From Octopus sinensis (lineage: Eukaryota), in assembly GCF_006345805.1 (NCBI RefSeq), contig NW_021836315.1:1-64000 (forward strand): DNA of 64,000 bases. Direction: 5' to 3'. Under the pieces are notes generated by a model. It was not told the origin of the DNA. It did no database searches and saw only the letters and a list, made by a program, of their open reading frames with translations. The translations under genes and the position numbers were made by a program. Of the stretch, positions 25,508-38,667 are shown piece after piece (the stretch's first letter is position 1; every line of letters starts with the position of its first letter).

Positions 25508-25929
25508 AAGGCGGCGAGCTGGTAGAAACGTTAGCACGCCGGGCGATATTCGTAGCCGTATTTCGTCTGTCGTTACGTTCCGAGTTCAAATTCCGCCGAG
25601 CAAGGCGGCGAGCTGGTAGAAGCGTTAGCACGCCGGGCGAAATTCGTAGCCGTATTTCGTCTGTCATTACGCTCCGAGTTCAAATTCCGCCGAGCAAGGC
25701 GGCGAGCTTGTAGAAACTTTAGCACGCCGGGCGAAATTCGTAGCCGTATGTCGTCTGTCGGTTACGTTCCGAGTTCAAATTCCGCCGAGGTCGACTTTGC
25801 CTTTCATCCTTTCGGGATCGATAAATTAAGTACCAATTACGCACTGGGGTCGATGTAATCGACTTAATTCGTTTGTCTGTCCTTGTTTGTCCCATCTGTG
25901 TTTAGCCTCTTGTGGGTAGTAAAGAAATA
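25508..25929 (+). mobile_element. SINE family B with triplicated 94-bp head
   Basis: Heads start at 25508, 25602 and 25696; TATATACCA flanks both sides (probable TSD). Confidence 0.92.
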
Positions 25930-26483
25930 TATATACCAGTTCAACCATCATGAATAACACTGAATTAATGGAATATTAGAATCCACGCATTGAAATACAA
26001 ACGCAAGCATGCAATCGCAAGTCACCGCCAACAATAGCATACATAATAAAATGTGCGATTGAAAATCTTTCAGGGGAAATGTGTAGCTTTAATTTAGTTT
26101 AGATCACTAACTGGCATACATCCTGTGTACATATCTGAAACACTTTTCCCAAGTCAATTTATCATTATGCTGATAGGATTACAAACCAGATTTTTCCTGA
26201 TAGAGAGTTATTCTTGCAATGATTATTGAAATTAATAGGAACTCTACTGACTTCATAAATAACATCAATCTCTGGGCTATGTAACACAATGCAATTCATA
26301 ATTCGTCTAGATTTGCTTAAAGTTCTTCAACCTCTCTTTGGCCACAAGATTCAAAGTTGTATCTGAAAAGAAAATGTTTGATGGTATTTTATATACATCA
26401 TTCCAATGATGAAATCTGATGAAACTGCTTCCCACTGCTTCTTTGTATTTCTGGCGCTAAGTCGGTATTCATTTTATTAATTA

Positions 26484-26898
26484 CTAGCAGTATCGCCCGG
26501 CGTTGCTCGGGTTTGTAAGGGAAATAACTATATAAGAATTTTAGAGAGTTATAGCCAAAAGATAGCAAAAAAAATGCATTAAAAATGGGAAAAAAATGAT
26601 GGTAATTTTTTTTTAAATCGTTGACTCATCGCAGACATTTTTAGAGAGTTACTTCCCTTATGTAATAGCGAAAAAAATGCATTAAAATGGAAAAAATTAT
26701 GGTAATTTGTTTTTTAAATTGTAGACTCATCGTAGACGCGCGCTGATACCCAGAAGGGTTCGATATGAATCACGACTATAAGATACCCGGTTTTGCTTAA
26801 ACTGCACCGCAAAATGTGGGTGTAGTTAGGAATCTAAATCGTGGGAGACAGACACACAACTTCACTTTTATATATAAAGACAGTTTTATATATAGAGA
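26484..26898 (-). mobile_element. non-autonomous Helitron with doubled 5' end
   Basis: Hairpin + CTAG|T at 26484; TC starts at 26880 and at 26898 (A|TC). Confidence 0.88.
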
Positions 26899-27004
26899 TT
26901 TAATTAATTAATTTTTTTGTAACATTCGTAAAACTATATTAGTAAGTACTAAAAGTGCAAAAAGACGTTATATATAACTACATTTTTGATGTCTTAATAA
27001 CGTA

Positions 27005-27409
27005 TACTCTTTTACTTGTTTCAGTCATTTTGACTGTGGCCATGCTGCAGCACCGCCTTTAGTCGAGCAAATCGACCCCATGACTTATTCTCTGTAAGCC
27101 TAGTATTTATTCTATCGGTCTCTTTTTGCCGAACCGCTAAGTGACGGGGACGTAAACACACCAGCATCGGTTGTCAAGCAATGTTGGGAGGACAAACACA
27201 GACGCACAAAGGTAAAGACACACACACATACATATATATACATATATACGACGGGATTCTTTCTGTTTCCGTCTACGAAATGCACTTACAAGGTTTTAGT
27301 CGGCCCGAGGCTATAGAAGACACTAGCCTAAAGTGCCACGCAGTGGGACTGAACCCAGAACCATGTGGTTAGTAAGCAAGCTACTTACCACACAGCCACT
27401 CCTACGTCT
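27005..27409 (-). mobile_element. SINE family A
   Basis: Full-length match to the 34860 copy. Confidence 0.92.
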
Positions 27410-27419
27410 AAAAGCTTTC

Positions 27420-27527
27420 TGTCAGAAGTGGGATTCGAACCCACGCCCACACTCGTGGACCAGAATGCTCTAAGTTCTGGTTAAGGTAATACACCTTAAG
27501 TCTGGCGACTTAGACCGCTCGGCCATC
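27420..27527 (-). tRNA. trnL: intron-containing tRNA-Leu(TAA), 5'-truncated (probable pseudogene)
   Basis: GATGGCCGAGCGGTCTAAGTCGCCAGA-CT-TAA-G | 29-nt intron 27494-27466 | TTCTGGT-CCAC-GAGT-GTGG-GC-GTGGG-TTCGAAT-CCCAC-TTCTGACA; TTTT terminator at 27413-27410; first 5 nt (GTCAG) missing. Confidence 0.92.
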
Positions 27528-27580
27528 AAATTCCACCGAGGTCGACCTTGCCTTTCATCCTTCGGGATCAATAAAGTATT
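27528..27580 (+). mobile_element. SINE family B core fragment
   Basis: AAATTCCACCGAGGTCGACCTTGCCTTTCATCCTTCGGGATC. Confidence 0.85.
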
Positions 27581-28297
27581 ATCAGTTGATAAGAAAAAAA
27601 TGTGCCAAAACTTAAAACCGATATTTCAAATGTGAACAACACACGTCTAAAGTATCGACATATAACTACCTTCAGAATTAGGATAATGGTTTCGCATACA
27701 AATGTGCAATGCCATTCGGGCAACAGCTCTTGCTTGAGATAAATACAGCTATAACTATTGTAGGACAATTGATGCAAACATTCCGACACAATAGAACTTA
27801 CTGCACTATTCTAATCACAAGCTCTATGTGCAAATTTCAAAGGTTTCATATTGATATTAGGAACAGAAGAGTAAATTAATGTACTTGTGTATACGTGTGC
27901 GGTCTGCATATATATGTCGGTGAGCCTTAAACTCAGTGAGGACGAGGGTATGCGACAGCGACAACATTAAATTTATTGTATTCTACTCAGATTATTGTAT
28001 TCAACTCGGATTAATATTTGGTTTTTTTTTTACCAGAACCGTGACTGAGGTAGGAGTCTCGGAAAACTGGGGTTCACTGACTGAGAAATAACAAACTGTT
28101 AACAAATATAATTAAAGCACAATCTGCAATTGAAAACAATAGTAATGGAATATTTTCTTCAGGATCAACTTGTTACATTTAATCTTTGTTATTAATATAT
28201 AATCTGGTGTTAATTTTTATCTTTGTGACAAACCAACTCGGTCTAGAGAAAAACAAATACTGAAATAATTAGAAGGTAACTTTTACATGCACACATA

Positions 28298-28682
28298 TCT
28301 TTATATATAAAAGTAAGGTTGTGTGTCTGTCTCCTACGATTTAGATTCTTAACTACTCCCACATTTTGTAGTTTAACCAAAACCGGATATCTTATAGTCG
28401 TGATTCATATCGAGCCCTTCTGTGTATTAGCGCGGGTCTACGATGAGTCTACGATTTTAAAAATAATCTACTATCATTTTTTTCCATTTTAATGCATTTT
28501 TTTTGCTAAGCGAAGTAACTCTCTAAAAATGTCTAGGATGAGTCAATGATTTTAAAAAAATTACCATAATTTTTTTCCCATTTTTAATGCATTTTTTGCT
28601 ATTTTTTTGGCTATAACTCTCTAAAAATGCTTATAAAGTTATTTCCCTTACAAACCCGAGCAACGCCGGACGATACTGCTAG
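28298..28682 (+). mobile_element. non-autonomous Helitron
   Basis: A|TCTTTATATATAAAAG ... CCCGAGCAACGCCGG ... CTAG|T, no TSD. Confidence 0.9.
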
Positions 28683-28866
28683 TATACAATAACTTGTACA
28701 TATACAAAGTCGTGCGTATGTGTGTACTTTATGAGAAAGCATTGTAAATAAAAGAGAGCTATCCAACAGGAAATTTTCGAGATGAATATCTTCAAAAATA
28801 TTGAACAACATATTGTTCAAGCTTGTAGACAGCGACATCCAGCAAATATTTCCAAACACAATATGT

Positions 28867-29249
28867 GGAAGCACTCCGTCGGTTACGACGACGAGGGTTC
28901 CGGTTGATCCGAAAAACGGAACAGACTACTCGTGAAATTAACGTGTAAGTGGCTGAGCACTCCACAAACACGTGTACCCTTAACGTAGTTCTCGGGGATA
29001 TTCAGCGTGACACAGAGAGTGACAAGGCCGGCCCTTTCAAATACAGGTACAATAGAAACAGGAAGTAAGAGTGAGAGAAAGTTGTGGTGAAAAAGTACAG
29101 CAGGGTTCACCACTATCCCCTGCCGGAGCCTCGTGGAGCTTTAGGTGTTTTCGCTCAATAAACACTCACAACGCCCGGTTTGGGAATCGAAACCGCGATC
29201 CTATGTCCGCGAGTCTGCTGCCCTAACCACTGGGCCATTGCGCCTCCAC
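28867..29249 (-). mobile_element. SINE family C, full length
   Basis: Matches the 52317 copy; CACAATATGT on both flanks (TSD). Confidence 0.92.
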
Positions 29250-29394
29250 AATATGTAAACATTGAAAATGGAGCAAAATATTGGTAAGAGCAGAAGAAAA
29301 CAGAAATAAATGCAAAATGAACCACAGCAAAATATTACACAACAAATCAATGCTACTGCCAAATGAAAAGCGCACACAATAAACTTTCAAATGG

Positions 29395-29815
29395 TTTTAA
29401 AATTTGGCTCAAATCCAGCAATTTTTGAGGAGGGGTTAGTCAGTTACATCGACCCTCGGTGATCAACGGGTACATATTTTATGGACCCTGAAAAGATGAG
29501 AGGTAAAGTCCACCCCGGAGGAATTTGAAATGAGAAGGAAAAGTAGGACAAAAAGCTCCTGAGCGTTTTGTGTGGCCTAAAAAACGATTCTGCTAGATTA
29601 ACCACCTCAGAATTTGTGTATATTCCTTTCTAATATAGGCACAAAGCCTGAATTTGGGGGGGACGGTGGTAGTCGAATACATCGACCCCAGTTTTTTCGA
29701 CCTCGAAAGAATGAAAGTGAAAGTCGATCTCGACATCGTTTGAACGCAGAACGTAAAGAGACGGACAGAATGCCGCTAAACAGTTTGCTGGCGCTGTAAC
29801 CATTCTGCCAGTTTG
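29395..29815 (-). mobile_element. two adjacent degenerate SINE B (tail type 2) copies
   Basis: TACATCGACCC...GAAAAGATGA...AAAGTC motif at ~29445 and again at ~29680. Confidence 0.7.
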
Positions 29816-31934
29816 AAGTCTTAATCAATTTCTAAATGTTGAGAACAGAAACCGAGACGCCATCTTTGTCAATAAAGACAGAGGAGACATCATGGTGCTG
29901 TAAACTTAAGTAATTATGAAGACCATAAACGCAATTATGATACCTGAGATTCAGTCTAAGAATTCCGAATCAAGCATAATTAAATAAAACGATATAAAAT
30001 GAAATCAGCAACTATATGCAGAAAAGAATAATTTTAACACCATGCAATAATCCGCTTGACACCTATCCCATGTAAACACTATTAACTTTCCTCCTACTAT
30101 AAAATGAACGACAGCCATTCCTCTATACATTTGTTATTAAATGTCCTATCCTCCAAAAAATTGGATTTTACGATTAAATATAACGAAATACATGTACTCT
30201 TGATCACCAATATATTAATCAACACCTTTACTGATAGGTGTAGGATGTAAAATGTCACATGTTTTATTTTCATGTAAAAATGCATTGAAGATGTGCATAG
30301 AAAATTAAAAATATAAAGAAATTATACATTATGCATTTCCTATTTTATCATATGCATGCGTAGGTGAGTGCGTCCATGCGTATATAGATATAAACATACA
30401 CGGATACAAATACACAGATACACATATATTTCAATGATAACTACAAGAGTATCTGAATACGCTGAACAAATGTCAAACTTCGAACACAATCGTGTTCCAT
30501 AAGCAAAGACAAAGCGATTTTTATATTAATTGCACATTTGAACAATTTTAACAAACAGAAAACCCGTCTTTTATAAGCCGTTGAAGAAGACTAACCAGAT
30601 TTACGACATCAAACGTATTCTGCAAAGTCCGAATGTCAAGTATTAGTTTATACACTCTAGGTTGTCCATTTCTCCGACGTTCTTCCTAGAGGTAAGACGA
30701 AAATGTCTTTTGGTTTTGCTGCCCATGCACATCGCTGCTTCTATAATTTCAGTGGAGCTTTACTTAGCATTGTGCGGTTATCGACTGCTATTTCTTGGAA
30801 TCATTGGTGTCTTGTTGTGCCACTATTATATACATATTAATACCCTAGTTCTGGTTATTGCGTGGCAATTTCGTAATCGCGTGCCATATATGAGCGGGGG
30901 TAAAAAGTGGTTTACCTGTAATTAATACGGCAAAAACAAAAAAGGAGGGGTACGAAAATAACGTACATCTGCCGGTAGACATTCTATGATGTCTATTTAT
31001 TCCAAAACAGAAGAGAGCGTTATAAGAATACATGCACATTCAAAGACTGCGTGCTACACAAATATGTACTAGTAATACATAAAAGAGTAAAAGATTAAAA
31101 GATCACTTCCTTACGGCCGTTTCTGCCAAGATGCCACGATATCCTCCATCACCTTAGTGTTCTGTAGGGATAAGTAGATAGAGTTTGGATGTTGAGTGTG
31201 TCTCTAGGCTTCATTATAGGGTCTAAATGGTCAGGAGAACCGATACATACAAGAGTCAGTTACTAATAGGTGCAGTATATATATATATTTTTTAATTAAA
31301 GAGGGCATAGGAAGAATAGGATCAAGCCTTAGAGTGTGAAAGGAGTAAAATTGAGTGAAATGGATTAGGTATGGGAAGGTGAAGTAAGTCATAGACTTCA
31401 AGTGTTGCCTTCCAAGATTAATCTTATGTTATCCAGTGGTGGATAGGTTTTTCGTATCCCCTCCATTTTCTTTTTGCCGAATATATATTTATATACAGAA
31501 AGATACAAACGTCCACGTAAAATAATTGCATATATACATTCAGATTTATACATTTATCAACGTCTGTATGGTTGTGTGCATGAGTTGCCACGTTTGTATA
31601 TATGTGTAGAGGATGTCGATAAATTGCAGAGTGAATCATGTGAAAGAATAAAAGTACTTTTAAATATATATATACTTATGTATATACATGTATATGGATG
31701 ATGGGTGAAGCGAATGGTTAGAGATATAGATACGAAGAAAAAGTAGATAATTAAATAAATAAACACATAGAGTGAAAGTTAGATTGCGACATAGATAAAC
31801 GCTCAAGTACATGTATATAAAATAATTTACCTAATTAACTATTGCATATTTCTGCTCACGTTCCGTAGACAGTTAGAAATCTCTAAAACTCATTCACATA
31901 CGCATATACACGCATACCTATGCATGTACATAGA

Positions 31935-31939
31935 CACTC

Positions 31940-31970
<31 letters not shown>

Positions 31971-31971
31971 A

Positions 31972-32024
<53 letters not shown>

Positions 32025-32086
32025 AATACATATATACATATAATATATATATATATGTATATATATATATGTATATATACAAATAC

Positions 32087-32130
<44 letters not shown>

Positions 32131-32299
32131 TTATATATATATATATGCATATATACATATATGTATATATATGTATATATATTATGTATATATACATATA
32201 TATATATATATGTATATATGTATATTATATATGTATATATACATATATACAAATACATATATATACATATATATATATCTATATATATATATATATCAT

Positions 32300-32331
<32 letters not shown>

Positions 32332-32544
32332 GATGTACATTCGTACATACATAATGACATATATACACATTCATGCATTTGCGTGTGTATTTATATATAT
32401 ATATTATATGTGTGTGTGTGTGTGTGTATATGTATATATATATATATATATATATGTATATGTATATATATAGTATATATATATATGTGTATATATGTAT
32501 ATATATATATCTGTATATATATGTGTATATATGTATATATAATG

Positions 32545-32575
<31 letters not shown>

Positions 32576-32678
32576 GTATATATATGTATATATATATGTA
32601 TATATATGTATATGTGTATATATATATGTATATATGTATATATATGTATATATGTATATATATATATGTATATATATG

Positions 32679-32711
<33 letters not shown>

Positions 32712-32930
32712 GTATATAGGCATATATATATGTATATATGTATGTACGCATGTATGTATGCATATATATTTATATATATATGTGTATACATGAACATGTA
32801 TTTATATACATATACATATATATATATGTGTATGTATGTATGTATGTATGCGTGTGCTTGTGTGTTTTTGTGTGTTTGTTATGTATGTATGTATGCATGT
32901 GCGCGTGTGTGTACATGTGTGTGTGTATGT
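31935..32930. repeat. ~1-kb (TA/TG)n microsatellite
   Basis: Direct observation. Confidence 0.97.
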
Positions 32931-34859
32931 AGATAGGTAGGTATATTTATGTTTACATTTATGTAGATCCATGTGAAAAGACACAGGATTACAGAGCGGC
33001 CAACTGTAATTTGTGTCACGTTCCAGGTTTCACCGTTAGCTCGGTCAAATCAAGTAATACCATGCTATTTTCGTTATCTCCTCTTGATATTTTTTCCAGC
33101 TGTTTTATATTTTTTTTTTTATTAACGTTGTGCTATTATTGATCTTTTTAATATTAGAGTTTTGGTTGGATTGTTTTAGATTTCCCTTCGCTTACTTCTA
33201 TAATTCCATTTCTTTATACTTCGTTTTATTTATATATTCATTTATGTTTCTTCTGTTTTTTTTTGTTTTTTTTTTACTTTCTCTTTTTTAGGGAGTCGGT
33301 TTTGCTAAATTGCAAATGGTTTGGTTCATTCGCCATGATTTCACTAATGTAACCCTGTTCTGTGTTGTTGCTAACTTCAAATTTTTCTCTCACTACTTAA
33401 ATATCGTTGGACGCAACTTGTAACATTTTGCAAAGATAACTTCATGCATGGCTACTGACATTAACTGCATCAATGCATCATCACGTGCCGAAGAGAACAT
33501 CAAAGTAATGATCACATGACATTCATACAATCATAGTCCAAACTTTCGTTTTCTAATTTGAAAAAATGTTTGCCCTCTTTCATTATTTTTATATTGATTC
33601 ATGTTTCTTTTTTCGTAATTCTTTGTAATTATTTTGTTCTTTTTTTTTCCTTCTTGTTCTTTTATACTCCTATTTGCATTTTATTGACGGGTTACGATAG
33701 CTTTTGTTGTTGTTTGATATTTTCCAAATCTTTTGATATATTTTTTCCAGCACTACCAACTATCAGTACTTCAGAGCAAACGTTTTTCTCAAAGACATTT
33801 CTTTTCTTTTTTTTTTTCTTTTTTGTATAAAACAGACTTGCAGAAAATATCATTGGAAAAGAAAGTTTATACTGTATCCGGTTGTAAAATAACGTGGTTA
33901 TTATTTTAATAATCCGCAATATTGGGACTTTGGATAAAATTCTATTTGACTGAATACAGTGACTTCATTTATTTCTCTTTGCAAGTAAATCTACATTGTT
34001 CTGTTTGTGTCTGTAGTTATTTAGAATATATAACACGTCATAGCTAAAACTATTCTCTATAGTAATGTAAGCCATACTCGATAGCTACCGCTTCACATTG
34101 TTTGATGCACAACAGGCTTAATATACGAACAATCGTGTTTATTTTATCAATATTATTGTTTGACCATGGAGAGGAAATGCAGAGGCTCCTCTCGACTATC
34201 CAAATAACTCCTTCAGGGCAATAGAGATTTGCTGTTAGTTTGTGAATGAAAACAGGAAAGAGTTCAAACAGATAACGAAATTAAATTTACAGACGAACAT
34301 TTCCTTGAAATTTATTAAATTTCCCGTTGGGCAATTAAATGCATGCAGGCCATTTCTTGTTTAATCATTGCTTTATATAAACGTAACACGAACCATTGAA
34401 AATATTTCTTGCATCTCTAATATTGTTGATTTCTGGCACATTTCGGAAGGGATTTTTTTCCCCTAAATTGTGATATTTAACCGCCTGATATTGCCCTAAT
34501 GCATTTTTTTTTTACTTTATATTTCTGGGACAAATATTTTCCAAGCTCGTTTAGCATTCATATTTCCTGAAAATAGTGAAATATTTCCTGTCAGTAATTT
34601 GCTAACATCGACGTTGATCTCTTTCATTTTTATTGACACAGAATGATTCTTATTCAAGGGATCATTGATGTTAGGCTATCAGAGAATAACCCTCTATTTG
34701 TGAATGAAAAAATTGTAACTTACGTAAGGCAGTGATGTATGAATTAAGTGTGCTTTGTGTTTTATTTGTAGCTTCCTAAGCGTTCAAGAATTGGTTACAC
34801 AACTTGTCTCTCTTGCATAATATTGATGTCTGGTATGTTTCAGATGTAAAATTCACATA

Positions 34860-35038
34860 GGCGCAGGAGTGGCTGTGTGGTAAGTAGCTTGCTAACCAAC
34901 CACATGGTTCCGGGTTCAGTCCCACTGCGTGGCATCTTGGGCAAGTGTCTTCTGCTATAGCCCCGGGCCGACCAATGCCTTGTGAGTGGATTTGGTAGAC
35001 GGAAACTGAAAGAAGCCTGTCGTATATATGTATATATA

Positions 35039-35071
<33 letters not shown>

Positions 35072-35292
35072 TTGTGTGTCTGTGTTTGTCCCCCTAGCAT
35101 TGCTTGACAACCGATGCTGGCGTGTTTACGTCCCCGTCACTTAGCAGTTCGGCAAAAGAGACCGATAGAATAAGTACTGGGTTTACAAAGAATAAGTCCC
35201 GGGGTCGATTTGCTCGACTAAAAGGCGGTGCTCCAGCATGGCCGCAGTCAAATGACTGAAACAAGTAAAAAAAAAAAAAAAAAAAAAAAAAA
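34860..35292 (+). mobile_element. SINE family A, young full-length copy with poly(A) tail
   Basis: GGCGCAGGAG, A-box TGGCTGTGTGG, B-box GGTTCAGTCCC, CORE-like CTTGGGCAAGT, internal (TA)(TG)n, 3' half, A-tail. Confidence 0.95.
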
Positions 35293-35380
35293 TTACCTGA
35301 AACACTGTCACATTCAAATTCTGTTTTCAACTAAGCGTATCGATATCGATATTCGTCAAAACCAAACATTTATTTATCAA

Positions 35381-35763
35381 CTAGCAGTATCGCCCGGCGT
35401 TGCTCGGGTTTGTAAGGGAAATAACTATATAAGCATTTTTAGAGATGTAAAGTATAATAGCCATCTCAATATGGCTAACCACAAAGGTGGGTGTTACTGT
35501 AGCTTTTTACGTTCTGAGATTTAATAATACATTTTTAGAGTGATTTCCTTATATAATAGCAAAAAAATGCATTAAAAATGGGAAAAAGTTATGGTAATTT
35601 TTTTAAAAATCGTAGACTCATCGTAGACACGCGCTAATACCCAGAAGGGTTCGATATGAATCACGACTATAAGATACCCGCTTTTGGTTAAACTGCACCG
35701 CAAAATGTGGGAGTAGTTAGGAATCTAAATCGTAGGAGACAACTTCACTTTTATATATAAAGA
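35381..35763 (-). mobile_element. non-autonomous Helitron with a substituted internal segment
   Basis: A|TC ... hairpin CTAG|T; ~35443-35530 differs from the other copies. Confidence 0.9.
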
Positions 35764-35992
35764 TATATTACACATTGGATGACTTGTAGTGTGTCCCACT
35801 ACATAACCCTCAGCATAATCTAATGTGTTTGACTGAAGCCCTTTAGTCTTTTACGTGTTTATCTTCCTTTCAGTTCAAAGAGAAAGACAGTGTGTCATAG
35901 TTCGGTTCATTTAAAGTATAGCTATGATTAAATGAAAATGCCATAAAAGTCTTGAATTTTGCTTATATTAAAAATAGCTTATCTTTTCTTTT

Positions 35993-36384
35993 ATCTTTTA
36001 CTTGTTTCAGTCATTTGACTGCGGCCATGCTGGAGCACTACCTTTAGTCGAGCAAATCGACCCCAGGACTTATTCTTTGTAAGCCCAGTACTTATTCTAT
36101 CGGTCTCTTTTGCCGAACCGCTAAGTGACGGGGACGTAAACACACTAGCATCGGTTGTCAAGCAATGCTAGTGGGATAAACACACACACAAACACACACA
36201 TACATATATATACATATATACGACGGGCTTCTTTCAGTTTCCGTCTACCAAATCCACTCACAAGGCATTGGTCGGCCTGGGGCTATAGCAGAAGACACTT
36301 GCCCAAGATGCCACGCAGTGGGACTGAACCCGGAACCATGTGGTTGGTAAACAAGCTACTTATCACACAGCCACTCTTGCGCCT
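35993..36384 (-). mobile_element. SINE family A
   Basis: Full-length match to the 34860 copy. Confidence 0.93.
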
Positions 36385-36784
36385 ATATTGTATTTGGTAT
36401 ACTTATTGTATATCAAATTCAATTTGCAGGAATGGTAGAGGCTGGATCTGCATTGTTGTATTTATTTGAGTTAACTTCCTATTCAGATATGAAATATCAC
36501 GACGGTTCATTACCCTTTTGGTTCATCTGTATTTGAGAAAACAATACTAGATATCTACTTCGAATCTTGAATATCGTACTTAAAATACTTACGTCGAAAT
36601 ATTTGTTTTTTCACTAAATATTTCCGATTTGATTTTGTTAATCTCTCCCATCAAACATTGTCTTATTTTCTATTTTTCTGTCACCGAACGCCTTTTTTGA
36701 GCAATCTGGCATACGAAAGACGTGTACCGGCTCTTTTGAGCAAGGACCCCCAATCTTCTACATGTCAGACATCAAATCGATTTC

Positions 36785-36965
36785 CATATTTTGGCACAAA
36801 GCCAGAAATTTCCGAGTAGGGTATAAGTCAATTACATCGACTCCAGTGGTCAACTGGTACTTATTTTGTCGAAATGCAAATGATGATAGACGAAGTCGAT
36901 CTCGGTGGAATTTGAACTTAGAACGTTGAGACTGACAAATTATTGTTAAGAATTTAGCCAGGCGT
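36785..36965 (-). mobile_element. SINE family B (tail type 2), degenerate
   Basis: TTACATCGACTCCAGTGGTCAACTGGTACTTATTTTGTCG...GGAATTTGAACT. Confidence 0.75.
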
Positions 36966-38667
36966 ACTCCCGTATTAGACTTAGAATTGCTATGTTGCTG
37001 TCTTTAGAAGAATTCCATGTGTTGTTAGTTTCTTTCATATCTCCCTATATCTCGGAGACTCTGAAATGGATTATATCTGCTGTATTTCCTCTGAAATAGC
37101 GACAGTAAACAAATATGCCTTACCCCCTTTCAGATGTCGTCTATCCGAATTAGTAATCAACACATTATCCTTGTTAATCGACAACAATAAGATATCTTCC
37201 TTAACACATTGATGTTTATTATTCGTAAGATGATATATTCCTGATTCAACGAAATCAAAATATATTTACAATATACAGCGTAACTTACAATTGCCTGTTG
37301 AACATCAAATATCACTGTTGATGTTACTCGCATAAGATATTTACCAGTATGCTTTATGTTTCATAAACTTCGACTACCGCCAGGGATTTCAAACTCACAG
37401 TTAGTTGACGAAAATATCGATCTGAGCAGATTGGAAGTAGTTCTTCCAAATGAATAGAGTGACATCTCGAACTATAAAACGATTCGTTACAATGATTGTT
37501 GGCAAGAAAGTGATGAATTGAGTTTCTCGTCCAATCCTTTGACACTCGTAAAAATACATTTCCTCATGCTCTACTTAAGAAAACGTTCCTTATAAATTTC
37601 TCTGTGGTATTTGTGTCGGAATTGTCGGCAAATTAACGTTACTATTTCTGTTTCATTTTAGGATTACTTGTACAAGTTCTCCATTATATTTTCCTCTCAG
37701 GATATAATAAAACTCTTACATAATTTACGTAGAGTCATTCTGCGTATTTGCTTTCTTAAGAATATAAAATCTTTGGCAAATGACCGGTTGCTGAATCTAT
37801 TCTCATTCTATTACATAAACGAGGCCATCAGCTTAAATGAACTGAACTTACGCTTGGATTCTCATTACATTCAATATGTAATAGGTTTGATCCGTGAGCA
37901 TTTCAGAGCCAAGTTTACTTTCATAAAAACCGATACTGAATTACAATAGTAATTGGATTTTTAATCCATTAATTTGATATACAATATTTCCCTTCTTGAA
38001 AGGATCATAAAACATTCAAATATATCACAAAGTACCACGTTAGATTTTAATAAAACGAAATTACAATTTTATTAAATGCCTGTGCAGTGAGACAAACTGG
38101 GAAAACGGTTATAAATATATGGACTTAATTTTCTGTCAGATTTCAATTTCACTACGTCAATCTCAGTTAAATTACGGAGCTGGAGAACAATTCATTTCAG
38201 ATGAGGAGTTGAAACCGGCTCTGAGGCACTGTGGTTTCGACGTGGTTGTAGTTCTTAGTAGTTAAATCTACTTCCAGATCAGATCAATGACTCTACAGAA
38301 ACATTTTCAGCATACAACATACATGCTAATGTCTGTTGAAGTCCACCAAAAACGAAAATAATTACCATGTGCAGAGAGCATCAATATCTGAAACTATGAT
38401 TTATATATTCTTTCTAAATATTTTCCGATAAATTTCAACAACTTAAATATGATGATCACTACTATATTTCGTCGTCCGAAAATACCTACAACTTTCAGAC
38501 GTAAATAAATTTAGCGTCATTCCATTACAAAATAATTTACTCTTCTCTATTGAGAAACATCCACATTGTAAAAGGAATCTAAGTTTGTGACGTAGTTATA
38601 CGCCGCTAAATCCCTTTAGTACGACTGCAAATATCTCTTCACATGGCGTAAAAATTATCAGTGCATA

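Noticed and set aside
25508-25790. Regular 94-bp repeats resembling a CRISPR array
   Set aside because: The units are contiguous SINE heads with no unique spacers, in a eukaryotic context.
28611-29113. Recurring ORFs such as MVNPAVLFHHNFLSL and ASFSFRLPNPLTRHW seen at many loci
   Set aside because: They are chance open frames within SINE C and SINE A copies, not a gene family.
37668-37949. 93-aa ORF in unique AT-rich DNA
   Set aside because: Starts at a non-ATG codon, has no recognisable motif or donor site, and its composition is typical of random AT-rich sequence.
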